Shown piece by piece: positions 1-11,431 of a DNA stretch of 32,000 bases; the stretch's first letter is position 1, and every line of letters begins with the position of its first letter. Made by a program: the position numbers and the translations under genes. This DNA is from Burkholderiaceae bacterium (GTDB lineage: Bacteria > Pseudomonadota > Gammaproteobacteria > Burkholderiales > Burkholderiaceae_C), in NCBI GenBank assembly GCA_965234775.1, contig OZ248566.1. The stretch is one strand, 5' to 3'. Under the pieces are notes generated by a model. The model was not told the DNA's origin and did no database searches. It saw nothing but the letters and a program-made list of their open reading frames with translations.

Positions 1-29
1 CAATGCGGCCAATAGGCGGTCGCTCAGGC

Positions 30-1370
30 TCACGTGGTTTTGCGAGAGGCTCTGCCGGTTTTGGTCGGAACCAACTTTTTGCTGGGTGTGGGCTTGTTCT
101 GTCCCACCACATGGTGGGCCAAGATGAAGTCGCGCACTTGAGGGAACACAATTTCTCTCCAACGACGGCCACTGAAAATGCCGTAGTGACCCGCACCCGG
201 AACTTCCAGGTGTTTTTTGTGTTGGCTGACTATGCCCGTGCACAGTTGGTGGGCAGCTTGTGTTTGACCGGAACCCGAAATATCGTCAAGCTCTCCCTCA
301 ACGGTCAACAAGGCCGTGCCTTTGATGTCTTGCGGGCGAACACGTTCTGCTTCGCCGCTGGAATTGCGCACGTCCCAGGTGCCTTTCACCAGGGCAAAAT
401 CTTGAAAGACCGTGCGGATGGTTTCCAAGTAGTAGTCAGCATCCATGTCCAGAACGGCGTTGTATTCGTCGTAAAACTGCCGGTGCGATTCTGCGCTGGA
501 GTTGTCGCCTTTGATGAGGTCTTTGAAGTAGTCGTAGTGGCTTTTCAGGTGCCGGTCAGGGTTCATGGCGACGAAGCCAGTGTGCTGCATGAATCCTGGA
601 TAAACACGCCGACCGGCGCCCGGGAAATTGGGCGGCACTCGAAAAATCACATTGTTTTCGAACCACTCAAAGCTTTTGTTCATGGCCAAATTGTTGACGG
701 CCGTGGGCGATTTGCTGGCATCAATGGGCCCACCCATCATGGTCATGGATTTGGGTAGCTTTTCCCCTTGAGAAGCCATCAATGAGACAGCGGCCAATAC
801 GGGAACGGTGGGCTGACACACACTGATGACGTGGCAGTGTCCGTAATGCTTTTGCAAATGTTGAATGAATTCGCGGATGTAGTGAACGTAATCGTCCAGG
901 TGAAATTCGCCCTCTGACAGGGGGACCAATCGAGCGTTTTTCCAGTCAGTGACATACACCTTGTGGTCTGCCAGCATGGTACGCACGGTGTCGCGCAACA
1001 AAGTGGCGTAGTGGCCAGAGAGGGGCGCCACGATCAGCACAACGGGCTGCACCTTGAGCCGATTCAGGGTGGCAGGGTCATCGCTGAAGCGCTTGAAACG
1101 GCGCAACTCGCAAAAAGGCTTGTCGATTTCAATGCGTTCGTGGATGGCAATTTCTTGATCACCAATGGCCACGGTGTTGATGCCGAACTGGGGTTTTTCG
1201 TAATCTTTACCCAGCCGATACATCAAGTCGTAGGTGGCGGAAATTCTTTGAGAAAACGGGTTTTGGCCCAGTGGCGAGATGGGGTTGCTATAAACCTTTG
1301 CGGCAGCCTGTGCAAAATCAGCGAACGGCTCCATCAGGGACCGTTGGGTTTCATAGATTTGATAAAGCAT
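30..1370 (-). CDS. phaZ: intracellular poly(3-hydroxyalkanoate) depolymerase, PhaZ family
   Basis: 446-aa ORF. The N-terminus MLYQIYETQRSLMEPF and the overall length and layout match intracellular PHB depolymerases of Burkholderiales as I recall them. The family call is from memory. Confidence 0.8.
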   Translation of the reverse strand: MLYQIYETQRSLMEPFADFAQAAAKVYSNPISPLGQNPFSQRISATYDLMYRLGKDYEKPQFGINTVAIGDQEIAIHERIEIDKPFCELRRFKRFSDDPATLNRLKVQPVVLIVAPLSGHYATLLRDTVRTMLADHKVYVTDWKNARLVPLSEGEFHLDDYVHYIREFIQHLQKHYGHCHVISVCQPTVPVLAAVSLMASQGEKLPKSMTMMGGPIDASKSPTAVNNLAMNKSFEWFENNVIFRVPPNFPGAGRRVYPGFMQHTGFVAMNPDRHLKSHYDYFKDLIKGDNSSAESHRQFYDEYNAVLDMDADYYLETIRTVFQDFALVKGTWDVRNSSGEAERVRPQDIKGTALLTVEGELDDISGSGQTQAAHQLCTGIVSQHKKHLEVPGAGHYGIFSGRRWREIVFPQVRDFILAHHVVGQNKPTPSKKLVPTKTGRASRKTT

Positions 1371-1451
1371 GGTGTTCCTGTTTGATGCAAAGCAATATAA
1401 CAGTGGATTTTTAAGTAAATTGGGGTGATCGCACCAAAATGAGATGTCAAA

Positions 1452-2648
1452 TCAAAGTACTTTGGCAATGCTTGCGCAGACGTGATCGATGTTTTTGCTG
1501 TTCAGGGCTGCGACGCACATGCGGCCTGTATCGGTTCCATAGACGCCGAACTCGCTGCGCAATCGAATCATTTGATCCTTAGACAAACCTGAATAGCTGA
1601 ACATGCCAATTTGCTGGGTGATGAAGCTCATATCGCGTTGCACCCCAGCCGCTTTGAGGCCTTCGACCAGTTTTTGACGCATGTCTTTGATTCGAACGCG
1701 CATGCCAGCCAGCTCGCTTTCCCAAAGGCTGCGCCATTCTGGGGTGTTGAGCACGGCAGCCACAACCGATCCACCGTGGATGGGTGGGTTGGAATAGTTG
1801 GTGCGGATGGCAATTTTCAGTTGTGACAAAACTTTAGCGGCTTCATCAGCGGTTTCGCAGTGCACGGACAAGGCACCAACACGCTCACCGTAAAGGCTGA
1901 AACTTTTGGAAAAAGACGTCGCCACAAAAAAACTCAACCCCGCTTGGACAAACAAATCAACCACGGCTCCGTCCTCGGCAATGCCATGGCCAAAGCCTTG
2001 GTAGGCCATGTCCAAAAATGCGGTCAATCCGTTGGCTTTGACGGTTTCCACCACTTGCTGCCATTGGCTGGGTGTGATGTCATAGCCCGTGGGGTTGTGG
2101 CAGCAAGCGTGCAAAACAACAATGGAGCCAGCTTGCGCAGACGCCAAAGATGCAAGCATCTTGGGGAAGTTAACGCCCAGGGCCTGGGCGTCATAGTATG
2201 GGTAAGCCTGAACTTCGAACCCTGCTTGGGTGAACAGCGCTTTGTGGTTCTCCCAACTGGGGTCGCTGATCAAAACCTTGGCCTGCGGATTCAAGCGCTT
2301 GAGAAAATCGGCGCCCACTTTGAGTCCACCCGTGCCCCCCAGGCACTGTACGGTGGCCACGCGCTTGGCCAGTACCGATGGGGATTGCGCACCAAACACC
2401 AACGCTTGTACAGCGCTGTCATAGGCTGCAATACCGTCGATGGGTAAATAACCGCGAGCGCTGGGTTTTGCCATCATCGCTTGCTCGGCTTTTTGAACGC
2501 ATGCCAGCAGGGGCAATTTGCCATTGTCATCATAATAAACACCAACGCCGAGGTTGACTTTTTTCGGGTTGCTGTCCGCCGCAAATTGTTCGTTCAGCCC
2601 CAAAATGGGGTCGCGGGGTGCCATTTCGACAGCAGAGAACATCGACAT
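1452..2648 (-). CDS. aspartate/aromatic amino acid aminotransferase (class I, AspC/TyrB type)
   Basis: 398-aa ORF. It has the typical N-terminus F..VE.AP.DPILGL, the SFSKSFSLYGERVG block holding the PLP lysine, and NYSNPP. Confidence 0.9.
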   Translation of the reverse strand: MSMFSAVEMAPRDPILGLNEQFAADSNPKKVNLGVGVYYDDNGKLPLLACVQKAEQAMMAKPSARGYLPIDGIAAYDSAVQALVFGAQSPSVLAKRVATVQCLGGTGGLKVGADFLKRLNPQAKVLISDPSWENHKALFTQAGFEVQAYPYYDAQALGVNFPKMLASLASAQAGSIVVLHACCHNPTGYDITPSQWQQVVETVKANGLTAFLDMAYQGFGHGIAEDGAVVDLFVQAGLSFFVATSFSKSFSLYGERVGALSVHCETADEAAKVLSQLKIAIRTNYSNPPIHGGSVVAAVLNTPEWRSLWESELAGMRVRIKDMRQKLVEGLKAAGVQRDMSFITQQIGMFSYSGLSKDQMIRLRSEFGVYGTDTGRMCVAALNSKNIDHVCASIAKVL

Positions 2649-2731
2649 GAGGTGTCCTAGATGGGGTGATGTGGTTGAAGGTTGCGCAGACTGTTGTAGG
2701 CTACGTTGTTGTTGCCAATTTTAACGCTCAC

Positions 2732-4852
2732 ATGACCACACCCCTTGCCGTTGATACGCATCCACCTCAGGTGGGTGACATTGAAGGTCAATTTGTTCAA
2801 TTTGCAGGCTCGCCTTTTGAGCTTTTTCAACCCTATTTGCCCGCAGGCGATCAACCGCAGGCAATTGATCAATTGGTCGCGGGGGTGAATGATGGTGAAG
2901 TTTTTCAAACCCTTTTGGGCGTGACGGGTTCTGGCAAAACTTTCACCATGGCCAATGTGATCGCGCGTCTGGGACGGCCTGCCATAGTTTTTGCCCCCAA
3001 TAAAACACTGGCCGCACAGCTTTACAGTGAGTTTCGTGAGTTTTTTCCGCGCAACGCTGTGGAGTATTTCGTCAGTTATTACGACTATTACCAGCCTGAG
3101 GCCTATGTGCCCCAGCGTGACCTCTTCATTGAAAAAGACAGCGCCATCAATGAGCACATTGAGCAGCTGCGGCTGAGCTGCACCAAGAGTATTTTGGAGC
3201 GACGCGATGTGATTGTGGTGGCCACGGTCTCGGCCATTTACGGCATTGGCGAACCTGAAAGTTACCACCAAATGGTGATGACCTTGCGCAGCGGCGACAA
3301 GTTGGGCCAGCGAGAGGTGATCGGCCAATTGGTGCGGATGCAATATGAACGCAATGACATGGATTTTTCGCGGGGTTGCTTTCGCGTCAGGGGCGAGACC
3401 ATTGATGTGTTTCCAGCTGAGCACAGTGAATTGGCGCTGAGGATCAGCTTATTCGACGATGAAATTGAATCTCTTGAATTGCTGGATCCCTTGACAGGGC
3501 GAGTGCGCCAAGCCGTGCCCAGGTTCACGGTTTATCCATCGAGTCACTATGTCACCCCTCGTGACAAAGTTCTGGCCGCCATTGAAACCATTAAATTAGA
3601 GTTGGCCCAGCGCTTGGGCGAATTGGTTGGCATGGGGAAATTGGTAGAGGCGCAGCGCCTGGAACAAAGAACCCGGTTTGACTTGGAAATGCTGACCGAA
3701 GTGGGTCACTGTAAAGGCATCGAAAACTACACCCGGCACTTGTCTGGCGCCAAACCGGGCGAGCCTCCCAGCACCTTGACCGACTACATGCCCAAAGACT
3801 CGGTGATGTTCTTGGATGAAAGCCATGTGCTCATGGGCCAATTTGGTGGCATGTACAACGGAGACCGTTCGCGCAAAACGACTTTGGTGGAGTATGGGTT
3901 TCGATTGCCCAGCGCCTTGGACAACCGCCCTTTGAAGTTGGAGGAGTTTGAAAAACGCATGCGCCAAGTTGTGTTTGTTTCAGCAACACCGGCGCAGTAT
4001 GAAAAAGACCATGCCGGTCGTGTCGTGGAGCAATTGGTGCGTCCCACAGGGCTGGTAGACCCCGAAGTGGAGGTGCGACCTGCCACCCATCAAGTCGATG
4101 ACGTGCTGCAAGAGATTCGCTTGCGTGTTGATTTGAAGGAGCGGGTGCTGATCACGACATTGACCAAGCGCATGGCCGAGCAGCTGACCGACTACCTCAG
4201 TGACAACGGTGTCAAGGTGCGCTATTTGCACAGCGATATTGATACGGTCGAGCGCGTGGAAATCTTGCGCGATCTTCGGTTGGGAACCTTTGATGTATTG
4301 GTGGGCATCAACTTGTTGCGAGAAGGCATTGATTTGCCGGAAGTCTCCTTGGTGGCCATCATGGATGCCGATAAAGAAGGGTTTTTAAGGTCAGAACGCA
4401 GCCTGATTCAAACCATTGGACGGGCAGCACGCAACATCAATGGGCGCGCCATTTTGTACGCTGACGTCATCACAGAGTCCATGAAAAAGGCCATTGGGGA
4501 GACCGAAAGACGTCGCGAAAAGCAAATCGCTACCAACTTGGCCGCAGGGATCACACCCAAGGGTGTTTTTAAACAGGTGCGCGATCTGATTGACGGGGTG
4601 CACAGCGATAAATCGTCAAAAGAGGCGCAGCGAGAGGAGTTGCTGCGTGCACAAGTCTTGGACATGGGCGAAAAAGACCTGGCCAAAGAGATCAAACGCC
4701 TGGAAAAAGCCATGCTGGAGCACGCCAAAAACCTTCAGTTCGAACAAGCCGCACAAGTTCGTGACCAACTCTCTCGCTTGAGAGAGCAGGTGCTGGGTGC
4801 CAGTGGCAAAGACACCTTGGCAAGAGACGACATCAAAGCCACCACTCTTTGA
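2732..4852 (+). CDS. uvrB: excinuclease ABC subunit B
   Basis: Contains [12 protein letters not shown], the Walker A motif [10 protein letters not shown], helicase motifs and the C-terminal UVR motif ([11 protein letters not shown]). The start is uncertain: ATG at 2732 is chosen, GTG at 2771 is possible. The track ORF start at 2666 would nearly abut the divergent gene. Confidence 0.93.
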   Translation: MTTPLAVDTHPPQVGDIEGQFVQFAGSPFELFQPYLPAGDQPQAIDQLVAGVNDGEVFQTLLGVTGSGKTFTMANVIARLGRPAIVFAPNKTLAAQLYSEFREFFPRNAVEYFVSYYDYYQPEAYVPQRDLFIEKDSAINEHIEQLRLSCTKSILERRDVIVVATVSAIYGIGEPESYHQMVMTLRSGDKLGQREVIGQLVRMQYERNDMDFSRGCFRVRGETIDVFPAEHSELALRISLFDDEIESLELLDPLTGRVRQAVPRFTVYPSSHYVTPRDKVLAAIETIKLELAQRLGELVGMGKLVEAQRLEQRTRFDLEMLTEVGHCKGIENYTRHLSGAKPGEPPSTLTDYMPKDSVMFLDESHVLMGQFGGMYNGDRSRKTTLVEYGFRLPSALDNRPLKLEEFEKRMRQVVFVSATPAQYEKDHAGRVVEQLVRPTGLVDPEVEVRPATHQVDDVLQEIRLRVDLKERVLITTLTKRMAEQLTDYLSDNGVKVRYLHSDIDTVERVEILRDLRLGTFDVLVGINLLREGIDLPEVSLVAIMDADKEGFLRSERSLIQTIGRAARNINGRAILYADVITESMKKAIGETERRREKQIATNLAAGITPKGVFKQVRDLIDGVHSDKSSKEAQREELLRAQVLDMGEKDLAKEIKRLEKAMLEHAKNLQFEQAAQVRDQLSRLREQVLGASGKDTLARDDIKATTL

Positions 4853-4858
4853 AGGCCT

Positions 4859-4914
4859 ATTACCCGAGCAATTTGTTTGGTTATCGGTTATAGTTGACTT
4901 GTTTAGTCGACATA
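4859..4914 (+). promoter_or_regulatory. two tandem IscR type-1-like operator boxes upstream of iscR
   Basis: ATTACCCGAGCAATTTGTTTGGTTAT (4859-4884) and ATAGTTGACTTGTTTAGTCGACATA (4890-4914) resemble the E. coli iscR promoter sites and the consensus ATASYYGACTRWWWYAGTCRRSTAT. They lie 18-73 bp upstream of the iscR ATG. Confidence 0.65.
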
Positions 4915-4931
4915 GCCCTAAGGAGCTTCAC

Positions 4932-5468
4932 ATGCGTCTCACCACCAAAGGTCGTTTTGCAGTTACCGCCATGATTGACCTGGCTTTGCGCCAGAACAAT
5001 GGTCCTGTGACTTTGGCTGCCATCAGCCAGAGGCAACAAATTTCTTTGTCTTATTTGGAGCAGTTGTTCGGCAAACTGCGTCGCAATGAGCTGGTGGAAT
5101 CTACCCGTGGCCCAGGGGGTGGGTATACCCTTGGCAGAAGGGCCGCTGAAATCACCGTTGCTGACATCATCGTTTCTGTGGATGAGCCAATTGATGCCAC
5201 CCACTGTGGCGGCAAAGAGAATTGTCTGGGTGAGTCGGGGCGCTGTATGACCCATGACTTGTGGACCAGTTTGAACCAGCGCATGGTTGAGTTTTTAGAT
5301 TCGGTCACCTTGCAAAAATTGGTTGATGACCAATTGGCCAAAGGTGTGCAAATCGAATCCAAGCCCATGATCAAAAGGGCCATATCCAGCTCGCCGGTGG
5401 TCAAGCCATTGCGGGTGAATGCGCCCAACTCGGTTTTTGCACTGGGCAATGTTTTTGCCAAAAGCTGA
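4932..5468 (+). CDS. iscR: Fe-S cluster assembly transcriptional regulator IscR (Rrf2 family)
   Basis: [19 protein letters not shown] is an Rrf2-type N-terminus. AGGAG lies 6 nt upstream of the ATG at 4932. The Cys cluster (C..GG.ENC....GRC) fits an Fe-S ligand region. The gene sits at the head of the isc operon. Confidence 0.92.
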   Translation: MRLTTKGRFAVTAMIDLALRQNNGPVTLAAISQRQQISLSYLEQLFGKLRRNELVESTRGPGGGYTLGRRAAEITVADIIVSVDEPIDATHCGGKENCLGESGRCMTHDLWTSLNQRMVEFLDSVTLQKLVDDQLAKGVQIESKPMIKRAISSSPVVKPLRVNAPNSVFALGNVFAKS

Positions 5469-5511
5469 TCCAAGTTTTACTTTTTACCTGATCTGAAACA
5501 AATTGCCGAAA

Positions 5512-6732
5512 ATGGACGCCACGCCTCATTTCCCCGTGTACATGGATTACGCCGCCACAAATCCTGTGGATCCCCGTGTGGTTGATGCCATGATTCCTTG
5601 GTTGCGAGAGCATTTTGGCAACCCCGCTTCACGCAGCCATGCGTGGGGTTGGGAGGCCGAAGAAGCAGTTGAAAAAGCACGCCAATATGTGGCTGAATTG
5701 ATTGGGGCTGACCCCAGGGAAATTGTGTGGACGTCCGGTGCAACCGAATCGAATAATTTGGCCATCAAGGGCGCGGCGCATTTTTACCAATCCCGCGGCA
5801 AGCATTTGATCACGGTCAAAACCGAGCACAAAGCCGTTTTAGACACCATGCGTGAGTTAGAGCGTCAAGGATTTGAGGTCACCTATCTCGATGTGCAAGA
5901 AGACGGCTTGCTCAGCATGGCTGCTCTAGAGGCGGCCGTTCGCAAAGACACCATCTTGATCAGCGTGATGTTTGTGAACAACGAAATTGGCGTGGTTCAG
6001 GATATTGCTGCCATTGGGGCCATGTGTCGAGCCAAAGGCATCGTTTTTCATGTGGACGCCGCACAGGCCACTGGAAAGGTTGATATCGATTTGCAGACTT
6101 TGCCGGTTGACCTCATGAGCCTGGCGTCGCACAAAACATATGGGCCCAAGGGCATCGGCGCGTTGTACGTTCGCCGCAAACCCCGTGTCCGACTTGAGGC
6201 CCAAATCCATGGGGGTGGGCATGAGAGAGGCATGAGAAGCGGCACCTTGCCCACCCATCAGTGTGTGGGCATGGGCGAGGCTTTTAGGTTGGCAAAGATC
6301 GAAATGGCTGACGATTTAAAGCGTACCAAGGTTTTGCACGACAGGCTTTTGGCCGGCTTACAAAATTTGGAGCAGGTCTTCGTCAATGGTCATCTGACCC
6401 AAAGGGTGCCGCACAACCTCAACATCAGCTTCAACTTTGTTGAAGGCGAGTCATTGATCATGGGCATCAAAGGCTTGGCCGTCTCTTCCGGATCGGCTTG
6501 TACCTCTGCCAGCCTAGAGCCCAGCTATGTTTTGCGTGCCTTGGGCCGCAGTGATGAGTTGGCCCATAGCAGCTTGCGCATCACCATTGGTCGTTACACC
6601 ACAGAAGAAGAAATCGATTACGCCATTTCAACCATCAAGCACAACGTCAATAAGCTTCGTGAGCTCAGCCCCTTGTGGGAGATGCATCAAGACGGTATTG
6701 ATATCAGCACCATTCAATGGGCTGCTCATTAA
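5512..6732 (+). CDS. iscS: cysteine desulfurase IscS
   Basis: 406 aa from the ATG at 5512. Contains [23 protein letters not shown] (PLP lysine) and SSGSACTS (active-site Cys loop). Confidence 0.95.
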   Translation: MDATPHFPVYMDYAATNPVDPRVVDAMIPWLREHFGNPASRSHAWGWEAEEAVEKARQYVAELIGADPREIVWTSGATESNNLAIKGAAHFYQSRGKHLITVKTEHKAVLDTMRELERQGFEVTYLDVQEDGLLSMAALEAAVRKDTILISVMFVNNEIGVVQDIAAIGAMCRAKGIVFHVDAAQATGKVDIDLQTLPVDLMSLASHKTYGPKGIGALYVRRKPRVRLEAQIHGGGHERGMRSGTLPTHQCVGMGEAFRLAKIEMADDLKRTKVLHDRLLAGLQNLEQVFVNGHLTQRVPHNLNISFNFVEGESLIMGIKGLAVSSGSACTSASLEPSYVLRALGRSDELAHSSLRITIGRYTTEEEIDYAISTIKHNVNKLRELSPLWEMHQDGIDISTIQWAAH

Positions 6733-6751
6733 AAATTGAAAAGGTAACCCC

Positions 6752-7144
6752 ATGGCTTATAGCGAAAAGGTCATTGACCATTACGAAAACCCGCGAAATG
6801 TGGGCTCCTTTGACAAGGGAGATGAATCCGTAGGTACCGGCATGGTCGGAGCACCTGCTTGCGGTGACGTCATGAAGCTGCAAATCAAAGTCAACCCAGA
6901 AACTGGGGTGATTGAAGACGCACGTTTCAAAACCTATGGCTGTGGTTCCGCCATCGCCTCGTCATCTTTGGTCACAGAGTGGGTCAAGGGAAAAACTTTG
7001 GACCAGGCTGCTGCCTTAAAGAACAGCGAAATAGCCCAGGAATTGGCGTTGCCCCCGGTCAAAATCCATTGCTCCATATTGGCTGAGGACGCGATCAAGG
7101 CGGCCGTTGAAGATTACAAAAAGAAACACATCAGCCTTGCCTGA
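6752..7144 (+). CDS. iscU: Fe-S cluster scaffold protein IscU
   Basis: [36 protein letters not shown] and the conserved Cys triad. Confidence 0.95.
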   Translation: MAYSEKVIDHYENPRNVGSFDKGDESVGTGMVGAPACGDVMKLQIKVNPETGVIEDARFKTYGCGSAIASSSLVTEWVKGKTLDQAAALKNSEIAQELALPPVKIHCSILAEDAIKAAVEDYKKKHISLA

Positions 7145-7182
7145 GATGTGTCCCGTTTTTTGAACTGCGATCATCAATCATC

Positions 7183-7506
7183 ATGTCTGTTTCTTTGACC
7201 CCAGCGGCTGCTCGCCACGTGAACAAATATTTGTCCAAGCGGGGCAAAGGCTTGGGTGTCCGACTGGGTGTGAAAACCACGGGCTGTTCTGGCTTGGCGT
7301 ACAAGCTGGAATACGTGGACGATATGACACCAGAAGACATCGTCTTTGAGGCGATGGGTGTGAAGATTTTGATTGATCCCAAAAGCTTGGCATACATCGA
7401 TGGCACCGAACTCGACTTTGTTCGAGAGGGCCTCAATGAGGGGTTCAAGTTCAACAACCCCAACGAGCGTGACCGTTGCGGCTGTGGTGAGTCATTCCGG
7501 ATCTGA
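7183..7506 (+). CDS. iscA: Fe-S cluster insertion protein IscA
   Basis: 107 aa. The C-terminal CGCGESF motif and the gene position after iscU support the call. Confidence 0.9.
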   Translation: MSVSLTPAAARHVNKYLSKRGKGLGVRLGVKTTGCSGLAYKLEYVDDMTPEDIVFEAMGVKILIDPKSLAYIDGTELDFVREGLNEGFKFNNPNERDRCGCGESFRI

Positions 7507-7507
7507 G

Positions 7508-8056
7508 GTGACCGCGCCAGACAAATTTCAGGCACCAAATCTGGCTGCCAATGACTTTGCCTTGTTTCAATTACCCCAGCAGTACGCCATAAATTTGCTG
7601 GCGTTGGAGCAGAGCTGGAAAGCCTTGCAACGGCATGCTCACCCGGATATGCATGCCCAAGCCGATGCATCTGCACAAAGGCTGTCCATGCAATGGTCTG
7701 TCCGGATCAACGAAGCCTATCAACGGTTAAAAAACCCCATTAAACGTGCCGCCTATTTGTGTGAACTGCAAGGCGTACCTATTTCTGCTGAAACCAATAC
7801 AGCCATGCCCACGGATTTCTTGGTACAGCAAATCACTTGGCGCGAAGCCCTGGACACGGCAGCCAGCCCGGCCGAAATGGATGGGCTTCTGACCGAGGTC
7901 AAGGCATACCGAGATTCCTTGCTTGCAGAATGTGAGCGGTTTTTAGACGTGATCTGCGATGCACATAAGGCTGCCATGTCTGTCAGGGCTTTGATGTTTG
8001 TGGATCGATTTATTCAAGCTGTCGTGCTGCAATTGGACCGATTAGAGAGTGCATAG
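7508..8056 (+). CDS. hscB: co-chaperone HscB (J-domain)
   Basis: DFALFQLPQQY....LQRHAHPD is a J-domain HPD motif. There is no in-frame ATG near the conserved N-terminus. GTG at 7508, 1 nt after the iscA stop, is the most plausible start. The track ORF start at 7373 overlaps iscA and is rejected. Confidence 0.8.
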   Translation: MTAPDKFQAPNLAANDFALFQLPQQYAINLLALEQSWKALQRHAHPDMHAQADASAQRLSMQWSVRINEAYQRLKNPIKRAAYLCELQGVPISAETNTAMPTDFLVQQITWREALDTAASPAEMDGLLTEVKAYRDSLLAECERFLDVICDAHKAAMSVRALMFVDRFIQAVVLQLDRLESA

Positions 8057-8068
8057 TGCACCAAATTC

Positions 8069-9925
8069 ATGGCCTTATTACAAATCTCTGAACCTGGTCA
8101 AGCGCCAGACCCCCACCAAAGGCGAATTGCCGTCGGAATCGACTTGGGAACCACCCACTCCTTGGTTGCATCCGTCAGGCATGGTGTGCCCGAGTGTTTA
8201 CCAGATGAGCAAGGTCGAGTTGTATTGCCCTCTGTTGTTCGGTATTTGCAGGGTGGTACGCGCCAAATTGGTTTTTTAGCGCAAGACAACCAAACCCAAG
8301 ATGCCCCCAATACCTTGGCTTCGTTCAAGCGCTTTATGGGCCGTGGACTGAAAGACATTCCTAATCACGCACAACTTCCCTATCGATTTGAAGACGCACC
8401 TGGAATGCTTCAAATTCACACTTCGGATGGTTTGAAGTCGCCCGTGGAGATCAGTGCCGAAATTTTGGCCACCCTTCGGTACCGTGCCGAAGACAGCTTT
8501 GATGATGATTTGTTCGGGGCGGTGATCACGGTGCCTGCTTACTTTGACGATGCCCAACGACAAGCCACCAAAGATGCGGCTCAACTGGCTGGGCTACATG
8601 TATTGCGACTCATCAATGAACCCACTGCCGCCGCTATTGCATATGGGCTCGACCAAGGCAGTGAGGGGATTTACGCCGTCTACGACTTGGGCGGTGGTAC
8701 CTTTGATATCTCCATATTGCGCCTTCAAGCTGGTGTGTTCGAAGTGCTTGCCACAGGGGGGGATTCTGCCCTTGGGGGGGATGACTACGACAACATGCTG
8801 GTGGAAGCGCTGTTACAAAAGTTTGGCGTCAAGCCGACATCGCCACAAGAAAAAGCCCAACTTCAATTTGCAGCTCGCGCATGCAAAGAGCACTTATCTG
8901 CTGCGCAAGAAAGCCGGTTTTGTGTGAATTTGTCTGCTGGTGCCATAGATGTACTTGTCAGCCGCTTTGAGTTTGATCAATGGACCTTTTCATTGACCCA
9001 GCGGACCATTGCGGCCGTGCGCAAAGCTTTGCGTGATGCAGATTTGGAAAAGAATGATGTTCAAGGTGTGGTGATGGTGGGGGGATCCACGCGCATGCCA
9101 CAAATTCAAACTGCAGTGGCGGAGTTTTTTCAAAAGCCGCCTTTGAACAACCTCAATCCTGATGAAGTGGTTGCTTTGGGGGCGGCCATCCAAGCCAATC
9201 AGTTGGCGGGCAACAACCCAGATGGAGAGATTTTGTTGTTGGACGTGATTCCATTGTCCTTGGGGCTGGAAACCATGGGGGGCTTGGTCGAGCGCATCGT
9301 TCCGCGCAACCAAACCATACCCACAGCCATGGCCCAAAACTTCACAACCTATCAAGATGGCCAAACGGCACTGGCCTTGCATGTGGTGCAGGGCGAGCGA
9401 GACTTGGTGGCAGATTGCCGCAGTTTGGCGCGATTTGAGTTGAGGGGCATCCCCCCCATGGCGGCCGGTGCTGCTCGCATCCGTGTGACATTCACAGTGG
9501 ACGCGGATGGTTTGCTACAAGTCAGCGCCCAAGAAATGATCAGCGGTGTACAAGCCCACATCGACGTCAAACCCAGTTACGGTTTGAATGACCAAGACAT
9601 CGCCCGAATGTTGCAAGCGGGCTTTGCAACGGCACAAGAAGACATGGCTGCGCGTGCATTGGCCGAGGCCCGGTTGGATGCGGATCGAATCTGTTTGGCC
9701 ACCCGCAGTGCGCTACAAGCCGATGGCCATTGGCTAGACACGAATTACCGCGCGTCGATTGAAAAAGCCATTGACGAATTGATCATTGCCAAAGCTGCCC
9801 ATGACCCATCCATCATTGAGGCTGCCACGAAAGCCTTGTCCAATGCCACAGAATCTTTTGCCGCACAAAGAATGAATCGCGGTATACAACAGGCCCTGGC
9901 CGGTAAAAACATAGAAAGCATTTGA
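8069..9925 (+). CDS. hscA: Fe-S protein assembly chaperone HscA (Hsp70 family)
   Basis: 618 aa. Contains [20 protein letters not shown] and [10 protein letters not shown], which are Hsp70 ATPase motifs. The operon context also fits. Confidence 0.95.
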   Translation: MALLQISEPGQAPDPHQRRIAVGIDLGTTHSLVASVRHGVPECLPDEQGRVVLPSVVRYLQGGTRQIGFLAQDNQTQDAPNTLASFKRFMGRGLKDIPNHAQLPYRFEDAPGMLQIHTSDGLKSPVEISAEILATLRYRAEDSFDDDLFGAVITVPAYFDDAQRQATKDAAQLAGLHVLRLINEPTAAAIAYGLDQGSEGIYAVYDLGGGTFDISILRLQAGVFEVLATGGDSALGGDDYDNMLVEALLQKFGVKPTSPQEKAQLQFAARACKEHLSAAQESRFCVNLSAGAIDVLVSRFEFDQWTFSLTQRTIAAVRKALRDADLEKNDVQGVVMVGGSTRMPQIQTAVAEFFQKPPLNNLNPDEVVALGAAIQANQLAGNNPDGEILLLDVIPLSLGLETMGGLVERIVPRNQTIPTAMAQNFTTYQDGQTALALHVVQGERDLVADCRSLARFELRGIPPMAAGAARIRVTFTVDADGLLQVSAQEMISGVQAHIDVKPSYGLNDQDIARMLQAGFATAQEDMAARALAEARLDADRICLATRSALQADGHWLDTNYRASIEKAIDELIIAKAAHDPSIIEAATKALSNATESFAAQRMNRGIQQALAGKNIESI

Positions 9926-10263
9926 TGCCCATCATCAAAATTTTGCCCCACGCTGAATATTGTCCGACGGGTGCTGCGCTCAACTCTCCCGTTGGCAACA
10001 CCATTTGTGAAACACTTTTGGAAAATCAGATCAACATTGAGCACGCTTGTGACATGAGTTGTGCCTGCACCACTTGCCACGTGATCGTGCATGAGGGCTA
10101 TACAAGCCTCAATGCCCTAGAAGAAACCGAAGAAGATTTGCTTGATCGCGCTTGGGGCTTGCATCCCAACTCACGCCTGAGTTGTCAAGCCATTGTGGCC
10201 CTGCAAGACTTGGTGATTGAAATACCAAAATACTCGATCAATCACGCCAAAGAAAACCACTGA
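9922..10263 (+). CDS. fdx: [2Fe-2S] ferredoxin of the isc operon
   Basis: 113 aa with the Cys pattern C....C..C...(C) ([11 protein letters not shown] ... SRLSCQ). It overlaps the hscA stop by 4 nt (ATGA). Confidence 0.9.
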   Translation: MMPIIKILPHAEYCPTGAALNSPVGNTICETLLENQINIEHACDMSCACTTCHVIVHEGYTSLNALEETEEDLLDRAWGLHPNSRLSCQAIVALQDLVIEIPKYSINHAKENH

Positions 10264-10264
10264 A

Positions 10265-10954
10265 ATGCGACAGATAGTTTTAGACACAGAAACCACGGGC
10301 CTTTCTGCTGAAAATGGCGATCGGATCATCGAAATCGGATGCGTGGAATTGCTGGGCAGAAAAATCACTGGCAATCATTTTCACCACTATCTCAATCCAC
10401 AAAGAGACAGTCACGAAGACGCGTTGAAAGTGCACGGAATCAGCAATGAGTTTTTGCGCGATAAGCCTGAATTTTCTGTCATCGCATCTGATTTTTTAAA
10501 CTTCATTGCAGGTGCGGAAATCATCATCCACAACGCCTCTTTTGATATTGGGTTTCTCAACAAAGAGCTAGAGCGTTTGAACTTAGGGCGCTTGACGGAG
10601 CATGTGGCGGGGGTCACAGACACCTTGTCGATGGCCAAGGAAATGTTTCCTGGCAAGCGAAATTCACTGGATGCACTTTGCGATCGATTGGGTGTGAACA
10701 ACGCAGAGCGAACATTGCACGGCGCTCTGTTGGACGCTGAGCTCTTGGCCGATGTCTATATTTGTTTGACGCGTGGACAAAACGCACTGTTGATCCAGGA
10801 AGATTCTCAAGATCAGGTTCACCATGAAAACGCTGACATTGACTTGTCTCAATTTGATCTGCCTGTGATTTCTTCAACTGAGCAAGAAATCACAGAGCAT
10901 TCAAATGCCATGGCCACGCTGTCTAAGTCCAGTGGCGGCCACGTGGTCTGGTAA
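10265..10954 (+). CDS. dnaQ: DNA polymerase III epsilon subunit (3'-5' proofreading exonuclease)
   Basis: MRQIVLDTETTGL (ExoI), HNASFDIGFL (ExoII) and HGALLDAELLADVY (ExoIII). The ATG at 10265 lies 1 nt after the fdx stop. Confidence 0.9.
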   Translation: MRQIVLDTETTGLSAENGDRIIEIGCVELLGRKITGNHFHHYLNPQRDSHEDALKVHGISNEFLRDKPEFSVIASDFLNFIAGAEIIIHNASFDIGFLNKELERLNLGRLTEHVAGVTDTLSMAKEMFPGKRNSLDALCDRLGVNNAERTLHGALLDAELLADVYICLTRGQNALLIQEDSQDQVHHENADIDLSQFDLPVISSTEQEITEHSNAMATLSKSSGGHVVW

Positions 10955-11061
10955 TCCACATCTCCCTGAGCACACGGATATCAAGCGCCTTAAATTTCGA
11001 CGGAGCGAATCGATTTTCAGGTCAAATTTATGTCAAAATGCCGCCTTGAAATTTGGATTTC

Positions 11062-11136
11062 GCGTGGTTAGCTCAGTGGTAGAGCATCGCCTTCACACGG
11101 CGGGGGTCGGGGGTTCGAAACCCTCACCACGCACCA
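11062..11136 (+). tRNA. tRNA-Val (anticodon CAC), CCA encoded
   Basis: Folded by hand. Acceptor stem GCGTGGT/ACCACGC, D arm GCTC-AGTGGTA-GAGC, anticodon stem TCGCC/GGCGG with loop TTCACAC, T arm GGGGG-TTCGAAA-CCCTC, discriminator A plus CCA. Confidence 0.9.
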
Positions 11137-11253
11137 AAAATTTCCCTTTATCTTCAACAACTTAAGCACTTTTATTGGCGCTTTACTTTAAGAAATTTGT
11201 AGTATACCGGTCCCATACTACATTTCATAGATTTTTCAATGTGTTTTCATAGA

Positions 11254-11428
11254 TTTCTCGATCAGAAATCTATCTAATTTTTATCTCGCGTGTGTGTGGT
11301 GAGCTGCCCTTTGCGTGCAAGCCCTACAAGCGTTGATCTCATGTGCCAGCTACTTTGCCCAGCCCTGGTGTGGAAAAGTGTGCTGTAGGGCTTTTTAAAC
11401 GCCCGCGTGCAGGGCTAGAAAGTTGTGA
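11254..11428 (+). repeat. copy A of a ~175-bp imperfect direct repeat (partner at 28733-28906)
   Basis: Blocks shared with copy B, in the same order and at the same spacing: TTTTCATAGATTTC; AGCCCTACAAGCG(T/C)TGATC; TGCCAGC 23 nt after the IR arm; GCTGTAGGGC; CTAGA(A/C)AGTTGT. The internal IR is GCCCTACA (11321-11328) / TGTAGGGC (11384-11391) with a 55-nt spacer. Confidence 0.8.
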
Positions 11429-11431
11429 GGC

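Noticed and set aside
3-758. 251-aa plus-strand ORF at the window start
   Set aside because: It lies entirely antisense to the well-supported phaZ gene. The protein is low-complexity with no recognisable motifs, so it is a typical shadow ORF.
2657-3424. 255-aa minus-strand ORF, and the 5' extension of the uvrB track ORF (2666-2731)
   Set aside because: The minus-strand ORF is antisense to uvrB and has no motifs. The uvrB extension precedes the conserved N-terminus and would leave almost no promoter space to the divergent aminotransferase gene.
7373-7507. N-terminal 45 codons of the track ORF for hscB
   Set aside because: This segment overlaps iscA in another frame and is not part of the J-domain. 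The conserved HscB N-terminus starts after 7508.
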